Of a stretch of 57,109 bases of DNA, positions 27,172-36,795 are shown one piece after another (the first letter of the stretch is position 1; each line of letters opens with the position of its first letter). The position numbers and the translations under genes are program-made. Below the pieces are notes generated by a model. The model made no database searches and was not told where the DNA came from. It saw only the letters and a list, made by a program, of their open reading frames with translations. The stretch comes from Acetatifactor sp. Its GTDB lineage: Bacteria; Bacillota; Clostridia; Lachnospirales; Lachnospiraceae. The stretch spans positions 1 to 57,109 of the forward strand of contig JAZNXM010000140.1 in NCBI GenBank assembly GCA_045593865.1, given 5' to 3'.

Positions 27172-27669
27172 ATGAAAAATGAAATGAAACTGGAATTTGA
27201 TGCTATATCAGTAAATGAGGGATTCGCCAGGATTGCGGTAGCAGCCTTTATTTCTCACTTAAATCCTACTTTGGAGGAGCTGGCAGATATTAAGACAGCG
27301 GTTTCTGAGGCTGTTACCAATGCCATTATTCATGGATATGAGAATCTATATGGTTACGGTAAATACGGAGACGCCCAGCCTTCTTACATACAAACATATC
27401 CAGGCAAGGTATTTATCAGATGTTGTCTTGAGGATGATCTACTGTTGATCGAGGTAAAGGATAAAGGGAAGGGAATCGAGGATATCGACAAGGCTATGGA
27501 GCCTTTATTTACCACAAAGCCGGAATACAACCGTTCCGGTATGGGCTTCGCGTTTATGGAATCTTTCATGGATGATCTGGAGGTGGTCAGCGAACCGGGT
27601 AAAGGCACGACCGTCCGTATGATCAAGAAGGTAAATGCAGGAGCCTGGATTGCAGTCTGTCAGGTGTAG
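27172..27669 (+). CDS. spoIIAB: Anti-sigma F factor
   Basis: [29 protein letters not shown] and [10 protein letters not shown] motifs. Confidence 0.95.
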   Translation: MKNEMKLEFDAISVNEGFARIAVAAFISHLNPTLEELADIKTAVSEAVTNAIIHGYENLYGYGKYGDAQPSYIQTYPGKVFIRCCLEDDLLLIEVKDKGKGIEDIDKAMEPLFTTKPEYNRSGMGFAFMESFMDDLEVVSEPGKGTTVRMIKKVNAGAWIAVCQV

Positions 27670-27672
27670 CCT

Positions 27673-28404
27673 ATGGAAGAAGTATCTGTACTGATTGCAA
27701 AGTCACAGGCGGGAGATAAAGCAGCCAGAGAGATGCTGATAGAAAACAATCTGGGACTGGTACATGCAATTGTCCACAGATATACGGGCAGGGGGATGGA
27801 AGCCGAGGATTTGTTTCAGATCGGTGTCATTGGATTAATGAAGGCCGTGGATAAGTTTGACCTGGCCTATGATGTGAAATTCTCTACCTATGCAGTACCG
27901 CTGATTGCAGGAGAGATCAAACGTTTTTTAAGAGATGACGGTCCGGTAAAAGTGTCCAGGACTCTTAAGGAGAACGGCTGGAAGATAAAGAAGGCAGCAG
28001 GGTATCTGCAGACCCGTTTGGGAAGGGAGCCTACACTGCAGGAGATTTCTGCCGAAACTGAGCTGACGGTGGATGAGATTGTTTTGGCGGCGGAGTCCGG
28101 CAGAACCGTGGAGTCTATCTATACGGTGGTCTATCAGTCGGATGGCAGTGATATGTATCTGATCGATAAAATGGCAGAAAAGCAGCAGCCGGTAGTGGAT
28201 GAGGTAGTGGACCACTTGCTGTTGAAGCAGCTGCTGTCGGATCTGAGTGCGGATGAAAGGCAGCTGATTTACCTACGCTTTTTTCAGGAAAAAAAACAGG
28301 TGGAGGTAGCAGAATTGATGGGGATTACCCAGGTACAGGTTAGCCGTCTGGAAAAAAAGATACTTTTATCCATGCGGAAAAAGGCAGAGGTAAATGTTTG
28401 TTAA
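27673..28404 (+). CDS. sigF: Sporulation sigma factor F
   Basis: EDLFQIGVIGL.KAVDKFD...KFSTYAVP.I.GEIKRFLRDDG and QVQVSRLEKK. It follows spoIIAB. Confidence 0.93.
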   Translation: MEEVSVLIAKSQAGDKAAREMLIENNLGLVHAIVHRYTGRGMEAEDLFQIGVIGLMKAVDKFDLAYDVKFSTYAVPLIAGEIKRFLRDDGPVKVSRTLKENGWKIKKAAGYLQTRLGREPTLQEISAETELTVDEIVLAAESGRTVESIYTVVYQSDGSDMYLIDKMAEKQQPVVDEVVDHLLLKQLLSDLSADERQLIYLRFFQEKKQVEVAELMGITQVQVSRLEKKILLSMRKKAEVNVC

Positions 28405-28529
28405 GATTTTATAAAATGTCAACATATTCTTCCCATAGGATGCATTTTCTATTATAGTTATATTGTAACAGGTTAGTCATGCGTGCAGGATAACTTATGA
28501 AATAACAAAAGGAAAGGCAGAGGTGAAGT

Positions 28530-29630
28530 ATGGGAAAAATTGATATAGATATGTTGAGAACAGGTGAGACCGCTGATTGGAGAAAGCAGCGCCGGCTCAG
28601 AAAAAACAGAATGATGACGATTGCATCTGTGGTAGCTTGTCTGGTGGTGTTCGTCATCATTGTGGCGGCCAGCGTTGTCCTGTATAAGTGGGTAAATGAA
28701 GACACTTCTGCTGACACTTTGAGTACGAATGCTCAGGGTAACATCCTTTATAACCAGGCACAGCTGGAAGAAAAAGCAGCACAAATGGCGCAGGAGAGGG
28801 CTAAAGAGCTACTGGACCAGCTGGCGGAAGGGCTTAACAGCGGTTCTTCTATGGTGGAAACCCTGCGTCCCCTGTACAAGGATGATATCGTGGTGGTAAG
28901 CGGCGGTAAGTTCCACTTTATTCCTATTTCAGATACCTTAAAGAAGCATAATTACACCAATGACAATCTGCAAATTGCGGAAAATGGTGAGCTGACTTAT
29001 GCCGAGAAAGGACAGGTAATTACCCACAAGGGTATTGATGTTTCCAAATTTAATGGAGTGATTGACTGGAGTAAGGTTGCTGCGGACGGTGTGGAATTTG
29101 CTTTTATCAGAGCAGGCATCCGCGGTTACGGATCCGGTAAATTGGTAGAGGATGAAGGCTTCGAAGAAAATGTGGAAAATGCACTGGCTAACGGTATCAG
29201 GGTAGGTGTGTACTTCTTTTCCCAGGCAATTACCCCGCAAGAGGCTGTGGAAGAGGCGCAGTTTGTAAAGCAGCTGATTGCACCTTATCGGATGGAATGT
29301 CCGGTTGTTATTGATGTGGAAAAGGTCAGCGACTCTGAAGCCAGGATGAATCAGATCAGCGTGGAGGAGCGTACCCGGGCAGTGATTGCCTTTTGCGAGG
29401 AAATCGAGAAGGGCGGCTACAAGCCCATGATTTACTACAATATGGAGATGGCTGCACTGATGCTGGATCTGGAGCAACTCGAAGAGTACGATAAATGGTT
29501 TGCTTATTATAGCAAAGATATTTACTTCCCCTATGACTTTAAGATCTGGCAGTATACTGACAAGGGAAGAGTGGATGGAATGGATGGGGATGTGGATTTG
29601 AATATTGCGTTTGAGAAGGTTTGGGAATAG
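28530..29630 (+). CDS. Membrane-anchored glycoside hydrolase family 25 (lysozyme)
   Basis: GIDVSK.NG.IDW, VGVYFFSQA, IDVE, IWQYT..G.VDG..GDVDLN and an N-terminal TM. Confidence 0.9.
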   Translation: MGKIDIDMLRTGETADWRKQRRLRKNRMMTIASVVACLVVFVIIVAASVVLYKWVNEDTSADTLSTNAQGNILYNQAQLEEKAAQMAQERAKELLDQLAEGLNSGSSMVETLRPLYKDDIVVVSGGKFHFIPISDTLKKHNYTNDNLQIAENGELTYAEKGQVITHKGIDVSKFNGVIDWSKVAADGVEFAFIRAGIRGYGSGKLVEDEGFEENVENALANGIRVGVYFFSQAITPQEAVEEAQFVKQLIAPYRMECPVVIDVEKVSDSEARMNQISVEERTRAVIAFCEEIEKGGYKPMIYYNMEMAALMLDLEQLEEYDKWFAYYSKDIYFPYDFKIWQYTDKGRVDGMDGDVDLNIAFEKVWE

Positions 29631-29731
29631 GGTGAATATACGTTTTCACATCTTTTTATTTGAGCAGCAGAAGGCGATTCATCCAATTCCTTAAATGGGA
29701 TTTAGGATAAACAGAATATGCGAAAATCATC

Positions 29732-29765
29732 AGCATGTCACACAGAAAACGTGTGGCATGTTTTT
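29732..29765 (+). terminator. Rho-independent terminator
   Basis: AGCATGTCACAC-N7-GTGTGGCATGTT followed by a T run. Confidence 0.7.
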
Positions 29766-29794
29766 GTATAAAAATTTAACATGCGGTTACACTA
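29766..29794 (+). promoter_or_regulatory. Possible forespore (sigF/sigG-type) promoter of spoVAA
   Basis: GTATA-N14-GGTTACACTA resembles GYATA...GGnnAnAHTR. Confidence 0.4.
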
Positions 29795-29868
29795 AGTAGC
29801 GGTAAAAGAAAACAGTATTTGTGCCTGTTTATTAATTAGGTGTTAGAATTCGTGGGAAGGATCGGAAT

Positions 29869-30609
29869 ATGCCGCAGCAAATTTTATACATGAAATGCGA
29901 TGCCAATGTGGAAACCGATATGGAGGATGTGTATCTGAAGGATGTAGCATCCCTGCAGTGCGCGGACGAGCATATTCTTGTCAAGTGTAAGTGTATTAAG
30001 GTCTGGCACTTTTCCCTGAATGGTGCAGGAGAAAAGTGCGGGGGAAAGTCCGGTGCTTCGGCCAGAGGAAAGTCACGGAATTCTGCAGCAGGCGATGGTA
30101 AAATGCAGGAAGAGGCAGGTGCTTGCACAAAAGGTAATATCCAGAAACGAATTGTGGTCAGTGCCCTGAAGCTGGTCAGTCTGGTGGAGCAGACCTGTCC
30201 CGGTGTGCAGGTAGAGGTCATTGGAGAGACAGACGTTGTCATTGAGTATACCCCGCAGAAGAAACAGGGGATGGGGCAGTGGCTGAAAATCGCAATGGTG
30301 TGCTTGGTCTGCTTCTTTGGTACAGCTTTTACTATCATGGCATATCACAATGATGTGGGAATCCGGGATGTGTTTGCGCAGGTCTATCAGATCGTTACCC
30401 AAAAGGAGGCACAGGGTATCAATCCTTTGGAGGTTTCTTACTCCGTTGGACTGGCAACAGGTATTCTTGTTTTCTTTAACCATATCGGTAATCTGAAGCT
30501 GACCAAAGATCCTACACCTATCGAGGTGTCCATGAAGAATTACGAGAGGGATGTGAACAAAACCCTGGTTGAAGTAGCGGAGAGAAATGGAGAGGAGCTG
30601 GATGTTTAG
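29869..30609 (+). CDS. spoVAA: Stage V sporulation protein AA
   Basis: VVSALK, IGETD, FFGTAFTIMAYHNDV, FFNH and DPTPIEV.M..YE.D motifs. Confidence 0.88.
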   Translation: MPQQILYMKCDANVETDMEDVYLKDVASLQCADEHILVKCKCIKVWHFSLNGAGEKCGGKSGASARGKSRNSAAGDGKMQEEAGACTKGNIQKRIVVSALKLVSLVEQTCPGVQVEVIGETDVVIEYTPQKKQGMGQWLKIAMVCLVCFFGTAFTIMAYHNDVGIRDVFAQVYQIVTQKEAQGINPLEVSYSVGLATGILVFFNHIGNLKLTKDPTPIEVSMKNYERDVNKTLVEVAERNGEELDV

Positions 30610-31081
30610 GGAATTTTTTCTGATGTTCTGCGGTCTCAGTTTTGGACTTCTGTCGGCAGCAGGTGTATTTACCGTTTTCAGTACGGTGGGTCTGGTGCCC
30701 AGATTTGCCGGCAAGACCCATTCAGCCAAGGAGATATTTCTTTATGAAAATATGATTGTGGCGGGAACCATTGTAGGCAATCTGGCAAGTATCTGGCCGG
30801 AAAGCTGGGAACAGACGATTGCAAGATTGGAAGGCTTGACAGGAAATTCGTCCTTCTGGGTAATCTCACAGCTTTTGTGGCTGATTGTCATTGGTTTGTT
30901 CAGTGGCATGTTCGTAGGTTGTTTTGCCCTGTCCATAGCGGAGATGCTGGACAGTATACCGATCTTTACCCGAAGGATTTCTTTTCGCAAGGGTATCGGT
31001 CTGGCTATCTGCAGCGTGGCTGCGGGCAAATTGTGCGGGTCGCTCTTCTTCTTTTTTGAGGAGATATATCGGGCAATGTAA
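30602..31081 (+). CDS. spoVAB: Stage V sporulation protein AB
   Basis: AAGVF...GLVPRFA, G.FVGC..L.IAE.L..IPIF.RR and GKL.GS motifs. Confidence 0.88.
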   Translation: MFREFFLMFCGLSFGLLSAAGVFTVFSTVGLVPRFAGKTHSAKEIFLYENMIVAGTIVGNLASIWPESWEQTIARLEGLTGNSSFWVISQLLWLIVIGLFSGMFVGCFALSIAEMLDSIPIFTRRISFRKGIGLAICSVAAGKLCGSLFFFFEEIYRAM

Positions 31082-31231
31082 ACTGTAATAGAAAGTTCTG
31101 AATATCCGAAGAGGTTTTGGATATTGTATGTGTTGGCGTTGGCAGCAAGTCGTTAAGAGAGAAAAAAATGCCTGTGCGCTGAGAGGCTTTCGAGTCGTTC
31201 AAACAGCAGCAGCACGGAAATGAGGAATGAT

Positions 31232-31705
31232 ATGGCAGAAAATATGCAGAATCTTACAAACAGAGAAAAGCAGAAGTATGCAGAATATGTGAAAAGTGTC
31301 ACTCCCACGCACAACTTGTTTTTGCAGATGCTGAAGGCCTTTATCGTGGGCGGCATCATTTGTCTGATCGGGCAGGTAATACTGAACACGGCAACCTCCT
31401 ATTATCAGCTGGACAAGGAGACTGCAGGCAGCTGGTGTTCCCTGATACTGGTATTGTGTTCGGTGGTACTGACTGGCTTTAATTTATATCCTCGAATTGT
31501 AAAGTTTGGTGGTGCCGGTGCGCTGGTGCCCATTACCGGGTTTGCCAATTCTGGGGCAGCGCCGGCAATTGAGTATCAGGCAGAGGGGCAGGTATATGGA
31601 ATTGGGTGTAAGATATTTACGATTGCGGGGCCGGTAATCCTGTATGGAATTGTGAGTAGCTGGGTACTGGGAGTAATATACTGGATAGGGAAGATGTATG
31701 GTTAA
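31232..31705 (+). CDS. spoVAC: SpoVAC
   Basis: KAFIVGGIIC.IGQ, GAGALVPITGFANS and IFTIAGPVILYG motifs. Confidence 0.9.
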   Translation: MAENMQNLTNREKQKYAEYVKSVTPTHNLFLQMLKAFIVGGIICLIGQVILNTATSYYQLDKETAGSWCSLILVLCSVVLTGFNLYPRIVKFGGAGALVPITGFANSGAAPAIEYQAEGQVYGIGCKIFTIAGPVILYGIVSSWVLGVIYWIGKMYG

Positions 31706-31760
31706 CAAGATTAGACATATATTTAATGCTGTATGTGCGGCAGAGATTTATGGATGGATT

Positions 31761-31798
31761 ACCTCCACTCGAATTTGGCAATTGAGTGGAGGTTTTTT
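31761..31798 (+). terminator. Rho-independent terminator
   Basis: ACCTCCACTC...GAGTGGAGGT followed by T5. Confidence 0.75.
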
Positions 31799-31876
31799 GA
31801 ATTTAATATTGTGAATTCAGCGGTATGAAGTTATAATGGTTTCAAGTTTACATATAAAAGAAAGTGGGGAACTATC

Positions 31877-32662
31877 ATGGCACAGATGCGTTTGAAAATT
31901 TTAGATAAGGAAGGCAATATCTTAAGTCAGAAAAGCGGCAAAGATGAACTGGTTATGGTTTATCTTGGAGAATATCAGGAGGGTGACAGTATTGAACTGG
32001 AAGTGGATGAAGCGAATACGTTCTACTATGTACAGTTCGACGATGTGAAGGGTAAGTCTTTGGTTTACCTGACCGGCAATGTAAAATATATAATTCCATT
32101 TGGGGAAAAAAGCATCAATACATCACCTAGGTTGTTTCAGGGAAATAAGCATCTGCTCAGTGTGAAGAAGGCCTTGGAAGAGGAGCTTGGCAATTATCGA
32201 AATCTATCGGAAAATGTATGGGATCAGCATGGTGAAGTAAACTGCTATCCACATGCTTCTGCAAACGTAGAAACCAGAGGTGAATCTGTATTTGCAGCAT
32301 TGAATGCAATCGATGGTGTACTTGCTGGCGAAAGTCATGGCAGATGGCCCTATGAATCCTGGGGCATCAACAGAAGAGAGGATGCCACATGGAAGCTGGA
32401 ATTTGGCCGTCCTGTAGATATTGATAAAATTGCCTTTTACAGCAGAGCAGATTTCCCACATGATAACTGGTGGGTAAAAGCAACCATTACCTTCTCAGAT
32501 GGCAGTAAGGAAGTTTTGGATTTGGTAAAAACCGGCGAGGCACAATATTTTGATATCAAAAAAAAGGGAATTGAATGGCTGGAATTAAGCGAACTGATCA
32601 AAGCAGATGATCCTTCACCATTCCCGGCACTGACCCAGTTACAGGTATACGGAAGAGGTTAA
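31877..32662 (+). CDS. Putative carbohydrate-binding protein (galactose-binding / discoidin-like C-terminal domain)
   Basis: YPHASANVETRGE..FAA.NAIDG...W...SWG..L.FGR.V.ID and RADFPHD motifs. Confidence 0.6.
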   Translation: MAQMRLKILDKEGNILSQKSGKDELVMVYLGEYQEGDSIELEVDEANTFYYVQFDDVKGKSLVYLTGNVKYIIPFGEKSINTSPRLFQGNKHLLSVKKALEEELGNYRNLSENVWDQHGEVNCYPHASANVETRGESVFAALNAIDGVLAGESHGRWPYESWGINRREDATWKLEFGRPVDIDKIAFYSRADFPHDNWWVKATITFSDGSKEVLDLVKTGEAQYFDIKKKGIEWLELSELIKADDPSPFPALTQLQVYGRG

Positions 32663-32693
32663 GTTTGCCGATGCCTGTTCTGCGAGGTGGGAA

Positions 32694-34874
32694 ATGGTAA
32701 GAAACGAGTTGAAGGTTGAGATCAGCCGAGAGGATGTATTTCGCCAGATTGATTGCCCTGAAGAAAGCGAACTTTATCAAGAGATTTTAGAGGAATATCA
32801 AGAGATAGAGGAAGAGGTGTATTCCCTTTGTGAACCGGTATTTCTTATGGAATACACAATCGTAGGGCCGGAGCTGGCAAAGGAAGGTATTCCGGAAGGG
32901 GCACATGTCCTTATGGTGCTGTATTCCATTGGTGGGAAGATCAGCGATTATTCCACAAGGTGCTTTGCTGAGGGTAATTATATGAAAGGTCTGCTGGCGG
33001 ATGCTATGGCAGATTCTGCTCTCTTTTCTCTGGAAAAAGAGATTGTGCCGTATTTAAAGGAAGAGTGCGGCAGGCTACAGATGGGGATCGGCCGCAGATT
33101 GGAAGCACCGCAGGATATTTCCATGGAAGTGCAGAAGGTCATTTTCGAGAGAACCGGTGCCCGGGAAAAGTACGGCATGCGTATCACGTCAGGCTATATG
33201 CTGGAACCGGTCAAAAGCAATGCGGTGCTGTATGTGCTGACAGGTAACAGAGAGGTTTTTGCGTATCAGCATGATTGTCGAAATTGTGACCGTTATGACT
33301 GTAAAGTGCGTAACGTTGCGCACATGCCGGTCAAGGTATCTGCGGAAGAAAAGGTATACTCTTTGATGGTAAAAGAAGGAGAAAGTATTCTGGATGCATT
33401 GACAGCCCGGGATGCGACCTTTTCAGCTATTTGCGGCGGAACCGGCAGGTGCGGAAAGTGTAAGATAAGGGTTGTGGATGGTTGTCTTCCGGTCACTGCA
33501 TCGGACAGGGAACATTTTACAGAAGCAGAGCTGACTGCCGGTATGCGCCTTGCCTGCAGGGCTTACCCATCGGAGCCTGTACAGGTGGAACTTCGATTTA
33601 CAGAGGGAGCCGATTTTCAAGTGCTTGCGGAGTATGGGCAGGGGCAGACAGGGCATTACACCTTGGGAATCGCTGTAGATATAGGGACCACAACCATAGC
33701 AATACAGCTGCTGTCTTTGAACAGCGGCGAAAGGCTTGCATCTTACACCACTGTCAATGGCCAGAGAAGCTTTGGAGCTGACGTGATTTCACGCATTCAG
33801 GCATCTGTAGATGGGAAAAAAGAGAAGCTGCGCAGGATGATACAACAGGATCTGGCAGAGGGAATTCGGTGTGTAGTCGCGAAGGCAAAGGTTTTGCCGC
33901 AACATATAGCAGAAGTGGTTATCGCCGGAAATACTACGATGGGACATTTGCTTATGGGCTATGATTGCAAGGGACTGGGTAAGTATCCTTTCAAACCGGT
34001 CCATATTCAGCAGATAACGGACTCCTACGCCAACATTATAGGGGACAATTTTCTGACCGCGACCGTTCACATTTTGCCCGGTATTTCTGCCTTTGTGGGT
34101 GGAGATGTTGTAGCAGGACTGTATGCTTGTGATGTAGACAAAAGAGAAGAATACAGCCTGTTGATTGATCTGGGGACAAATGGGGAGATTGTGCTTGGAA
34201 ATAGGGATAAAATAATTGCCACATCCACGGCAGCCGGTCCGGCATTTGAAGGCGGTAGTATCTCTTTTGGCGTCGGCAGCATTGAGGGTGCCATTGCAGG
34301 TGTTACAATAGAGAAAGCCGATGGACATAGGGTACATATTCGTACCATAGGCAACAAAGAGCCTGTAGGAATCTGCGGAACCGGTGTGCTCGAGACGATT
34401 GCGGAATTGTTGAAAACCGGTTTGCTGGATGATACGGGTTGTCTGGTTGAGGAATATTTTGATACAGGATATCCCTTGGCGAAGACCGGGAAAGGAATAG
34501 AGATTGTTCTGACCCAGCAGGATATCCGGGAGATTCAGCTTGCCAAGGCAGCCGTGCGGGCGGGGATTGAGACCATATTCCTGCGTTTCGGCATTCCGAA
34601 GGAAGCGGTTGCACATGTTTATCTGGCAGGCGGATTCGGCTTTCAGCTGGATTGTCAGAAGGCCATTGAAATCGGAATGCTTCCCGGGGAATTTGCAGGT
34701 AAAATGGAGGCTGTGGGAAACAGCTCTCTTGGCGGTGCGGTAAAATTCCTGCTTGCAAAAAATGAGCGGGAGCGGGTACAACGTATCGGCATGTATGCCG
34801 AGGAAATCAATTTATCCGCGCAGAAAGACTTTGGACAGTTCTATATGGAATGCATGTATTTCGACCATATTTGA
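32694..34874 (+). CDS. Fusion of a Met-synthase B12 activation-like domain, a [2Fe-2S] domain and an ASKHA (RACE/DUF4445) corrinoid reductive activator
   Basis: N-terminal ...ITSGYMLEPVKS...CRNC....C; CGGTGRCGKC..RLAC; DIGTTT, FGADVISRI, DLGTNGE, AAGPAFEG, GICGTG, DIREIQLAKAA and LAGGFG. Confidence 0.85.
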   Translation: MVRNELKVEISREDVFRQIDCPEESELYQEILEEYQEIEEEVYSLCEPVFLMEYTIVGPELAKEGIPEGAHVLMVLYSIGGKISDYSTRCFAEGNYMKGLLADAMADSALFSLEKEIVPYLKEECGRLQMGIGRRLEAPQDISMEVQKVIFERTGAREKYGMRITSGYMLEPVKSNAVLYVLTGNREVFAYQHDCRNCDRYDCKVRNVAHMPVKVSAEEKVYSLMVKEGESILDALTARDATFSAICGGTGRCGKCKIRVVDGCLPVTASDREHFTEAELTAGMRLACRAYPSEPVQVELRFTEGADFQVLAEYGQGQTGHYTLGIAVDIGTTTIAIQLLSLNSGERLASYTTVNGQRSFGADVISRIQASVDGKKEKLRRMIQQDLAEGIRCVVAKAKVLPQHIAEVVIAGNTTMGHLLMGYDCKGLGKYPFKPVHIQQITDSYANIIGDNFLTATVHILPGISAFVGGDVVAGLYACDVDKREEYSLLIDLGTNGEIVLGNRDKIIATSTAAGPAFEGGSISFGVGSIEGAIAGVTIEKADGHRVHIRTIGNKEPVGICGTGVLETIAELLKTGLLDDTGCLVEEYFDTGYPLAKTGKGIEIVLTQQDIREIQLAKAAVRAGIETIFLRFGIPKEAVAHVYLAGGFGFQLDCQKAIEIGMLPGEFAGKMEAVGNSSLGGAVKFLLAKNERERVQRIGMYAEEINLSAQKDFGQFYMECMYFDHI

Positions 34875-34956
34875 GTAAACTATGAGTTGGTGGAGCTCCC
34901 ACGAGCCTAAGTATATGATGGAAGAGGGAATTGGACTGGAGGAGTTTTTGGGAGAA

Positions 34957-35044
34957 TAAAAAGGAGGGCCAGCAGGTAAGCACCTGCTGGCAGTTATGAA
35001 AAGAAAAGTTTATGAAAAAGAAACTTTGTTATTGTTGTGTTGTT
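34957..35044 (-). ncRNA. Candidate csRNA-like small RNA
   Basis: On the minus strand: TACAAT -10 (35051-35056), two UUUUCAUAA motifs, hairpin GCCAGCAGGT-N4-ACCTGCTGGC, then CCUCC-U5. No ORF. Confidence 0.55.
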
Positions 35045-35174
35045 ATTTATATTGTAACCAATAATTGTGAAGGATAATCAAAGAAATTTTGAACAAATTG
35101 TGTATAAATAAAAAATTTTTTGTTTTTAAGCGAGAACGGAATAAAACGAATGATTACAGAAATGGATTAGGGAT

Positions 35175-36674
35175 ATGTTACCAATAGCATTTAAACATCG
35201 AATGGAAAGTATGCTGGGAGAGGAGTATCAGGCCTTCCTTGTAAGCTACGAGCATGAAAAATATCAGGCATTGCGGATTCATCCGCGGAAGGTGGAAGAA
35301 GAGACGTTTTTAGAGAGGGTTCCTTTTGCACTGCAGCCGGTTCCCTGGTCAGATAATGGATATTATTACAGTAAGGAAGATGCGCCCGGTAAGTATCCTT
35401 ATCATGAGGCAGGTGTTTATTATATTCAGGAGCCAAGTGCCATGGCACCGGTGCCGTTTTTGGAAGTGAAGCCGGGGGAGAGGATATTGGACTTGTGTGC
35501 GGCTCCCGGCGGTAAAAGTACCCAGATCGGTGCAGCGTTGGCGGGACAGGGAATTCTTGTCAGCAATGAAATTCATCCCGCCAGAGCGAAGATTTTGTCG
35601 GAAAATATGGAGCGCATGGGTATTGCCAATGCTATTGTGACCAATGAAAGTCCGCAGAGGCTGGCGGCTGTGTTCGGCGGATATTTTGATAAGATCCTGG
35701 TGGACGCCCCCTGCTCCGGTGAGGGAATGTTTCGCAAGAATGAAGAAGCAACGCAGGAGTGGAGTCCGGAGGAGGTGAACATCTGTGCGGCCAGACAAGA
35801 TCATATTCTGGATCAGGCTGCGGAAATGCTGGGTCCGGGTGGACGGCTTGAATATTCTACCTGTACCTTTGCCCCGGAGGAGGATGAGGGCAGTATCTGG
35901 CGTTTTCTGATGCGTCATCCGGAGTTTTCCATCGTAAAGACTGAGATACCGGAGGGATTTGAGGGCGGAAGGCCTGAGTGGTGCGAATGGCAGTCTCTCA
36001 GGGAAAAGGAAGCAGGAAAATTCGAAACAGACGACGAAAAGGTGCAAGGACATGTTATAAACGAGCAGATGGACGACTTACAAGGGATGGCTGAGAAAGA
36101 AGAACGTAGCAGGAGCATTAAGCAGGACATTGTACACACCATGCGTATCTGGCCTCATAAAGTTCATGGAGAGGGGCATTACCTGGCTGTCTTGCAGAAA
36201 GCCGGTGGCAGATATGAAGATGCAGCCTCCAGAAGTCTGTATGGTCTGGAGCGAGGCATCCGTGAGGAGGAATACAAGGAGTTTCTGGACTTTAAGAAGG
36301 AATATCTGAAGGCAGACATGCAAGGGATATATTTAAAATTCGGAGACCAGTTGTATCTGGGACCGAAGGATATGCCTGCACTGACTAGGCTGAGGGTATT
36401 GCGTCCCGGGCTGCATTTGGGAACCCTGAAGAAAAATCGTTTCGAGCCGTCCCATGCACTGGCACTGGCTTTGACGCCGGGGGAAGTTACGCAAGTATAC
36501 AATCTGACCGTGGAGGACGGCAGTGCAGCAGCTTTTATCGGCGGGCAGACATTTCGGGTAGGTGCAGAAAAGGGCTGGCATCTGATTACCGTGGATGGTT
36601 ACAGCCTGGGATGGGGCAAGGCTGCCGGAGGGATTATGAAAAATCATTATCCCAAGGGACTCAGGAAATTTTAA
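35175..36674 (+). CDS. RsmB/NOP (RsmF-like) rRNA m5C methyltransferase
   Basis: YYIQEPSAM, DLCAAPGGKS, VDAPCSGEGM, YSTCTF and C-terminal KNHYPKGLR. Confidence 0.92.
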   Translation: MLPIAFKHRMESMLGEEYQAFLVSYEHEKYQALRIHPRKVEEETFLERVPFALQPVPWSDNGYYYSKEDAPGKYPYHEAGVYYIQEPSAMAPVPFLEVKPGERILDLCAAPGGKSTQIGAALAGQGILVSNEIHPARAKILSENMERMGIANAIVTNESPQRLAAVFGGYFDKILVDAPCSGEGMFRKNEEATQEWSPEEVNICAARQDHILDQAAEMLGPGGRLEYSTCTFAPEEDEGSIWRFLMRHPEFSIVKTEIPEGFEGGRPEWCEWQSLREKEAGKFETDDEKVQGHVINEQMDDLQGMAEKEERSRSIKQDIVHTMRIWPHKVHGEGHYLAVLQKAGGRYEDAASRSLYGLERGIREEEYKEFLDFKKEYLKADMQGIYLKFGDQLYLGPKDMPALTRLRVLRPGLHLGTLKKNRFEPSHALALALTPGEVTQVYNLTVEDGSAAAFIGGQTFRVGAEKGWHLITVDGYSLGWGKAAGGIMKNHYPKGLRKF

Positions 36675-36795
36675 AATACCTCTTCTCTATTGGACAAAAA
36701 AATGGTATGATATAAGGAATAAACCACATTGGTTCTGATAGCGAACGATGAAGTGACCGAAAGATTTTGCGGCGGGCTTCGGAACGGAGGAAGAA

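Noticed and set aside
27332-27401. SpoIIAB loop insert bounded by TGGATATG/CATATCCA as another in-frame palindrome
   Set aside because: Only 8 bp pair at the ends and the interior pairs poorly, so it may be chance.
36700-36795. T-box upstream of trpS
   Set aside because: The leader is too short and has no TGGNACC antiterminator motif.
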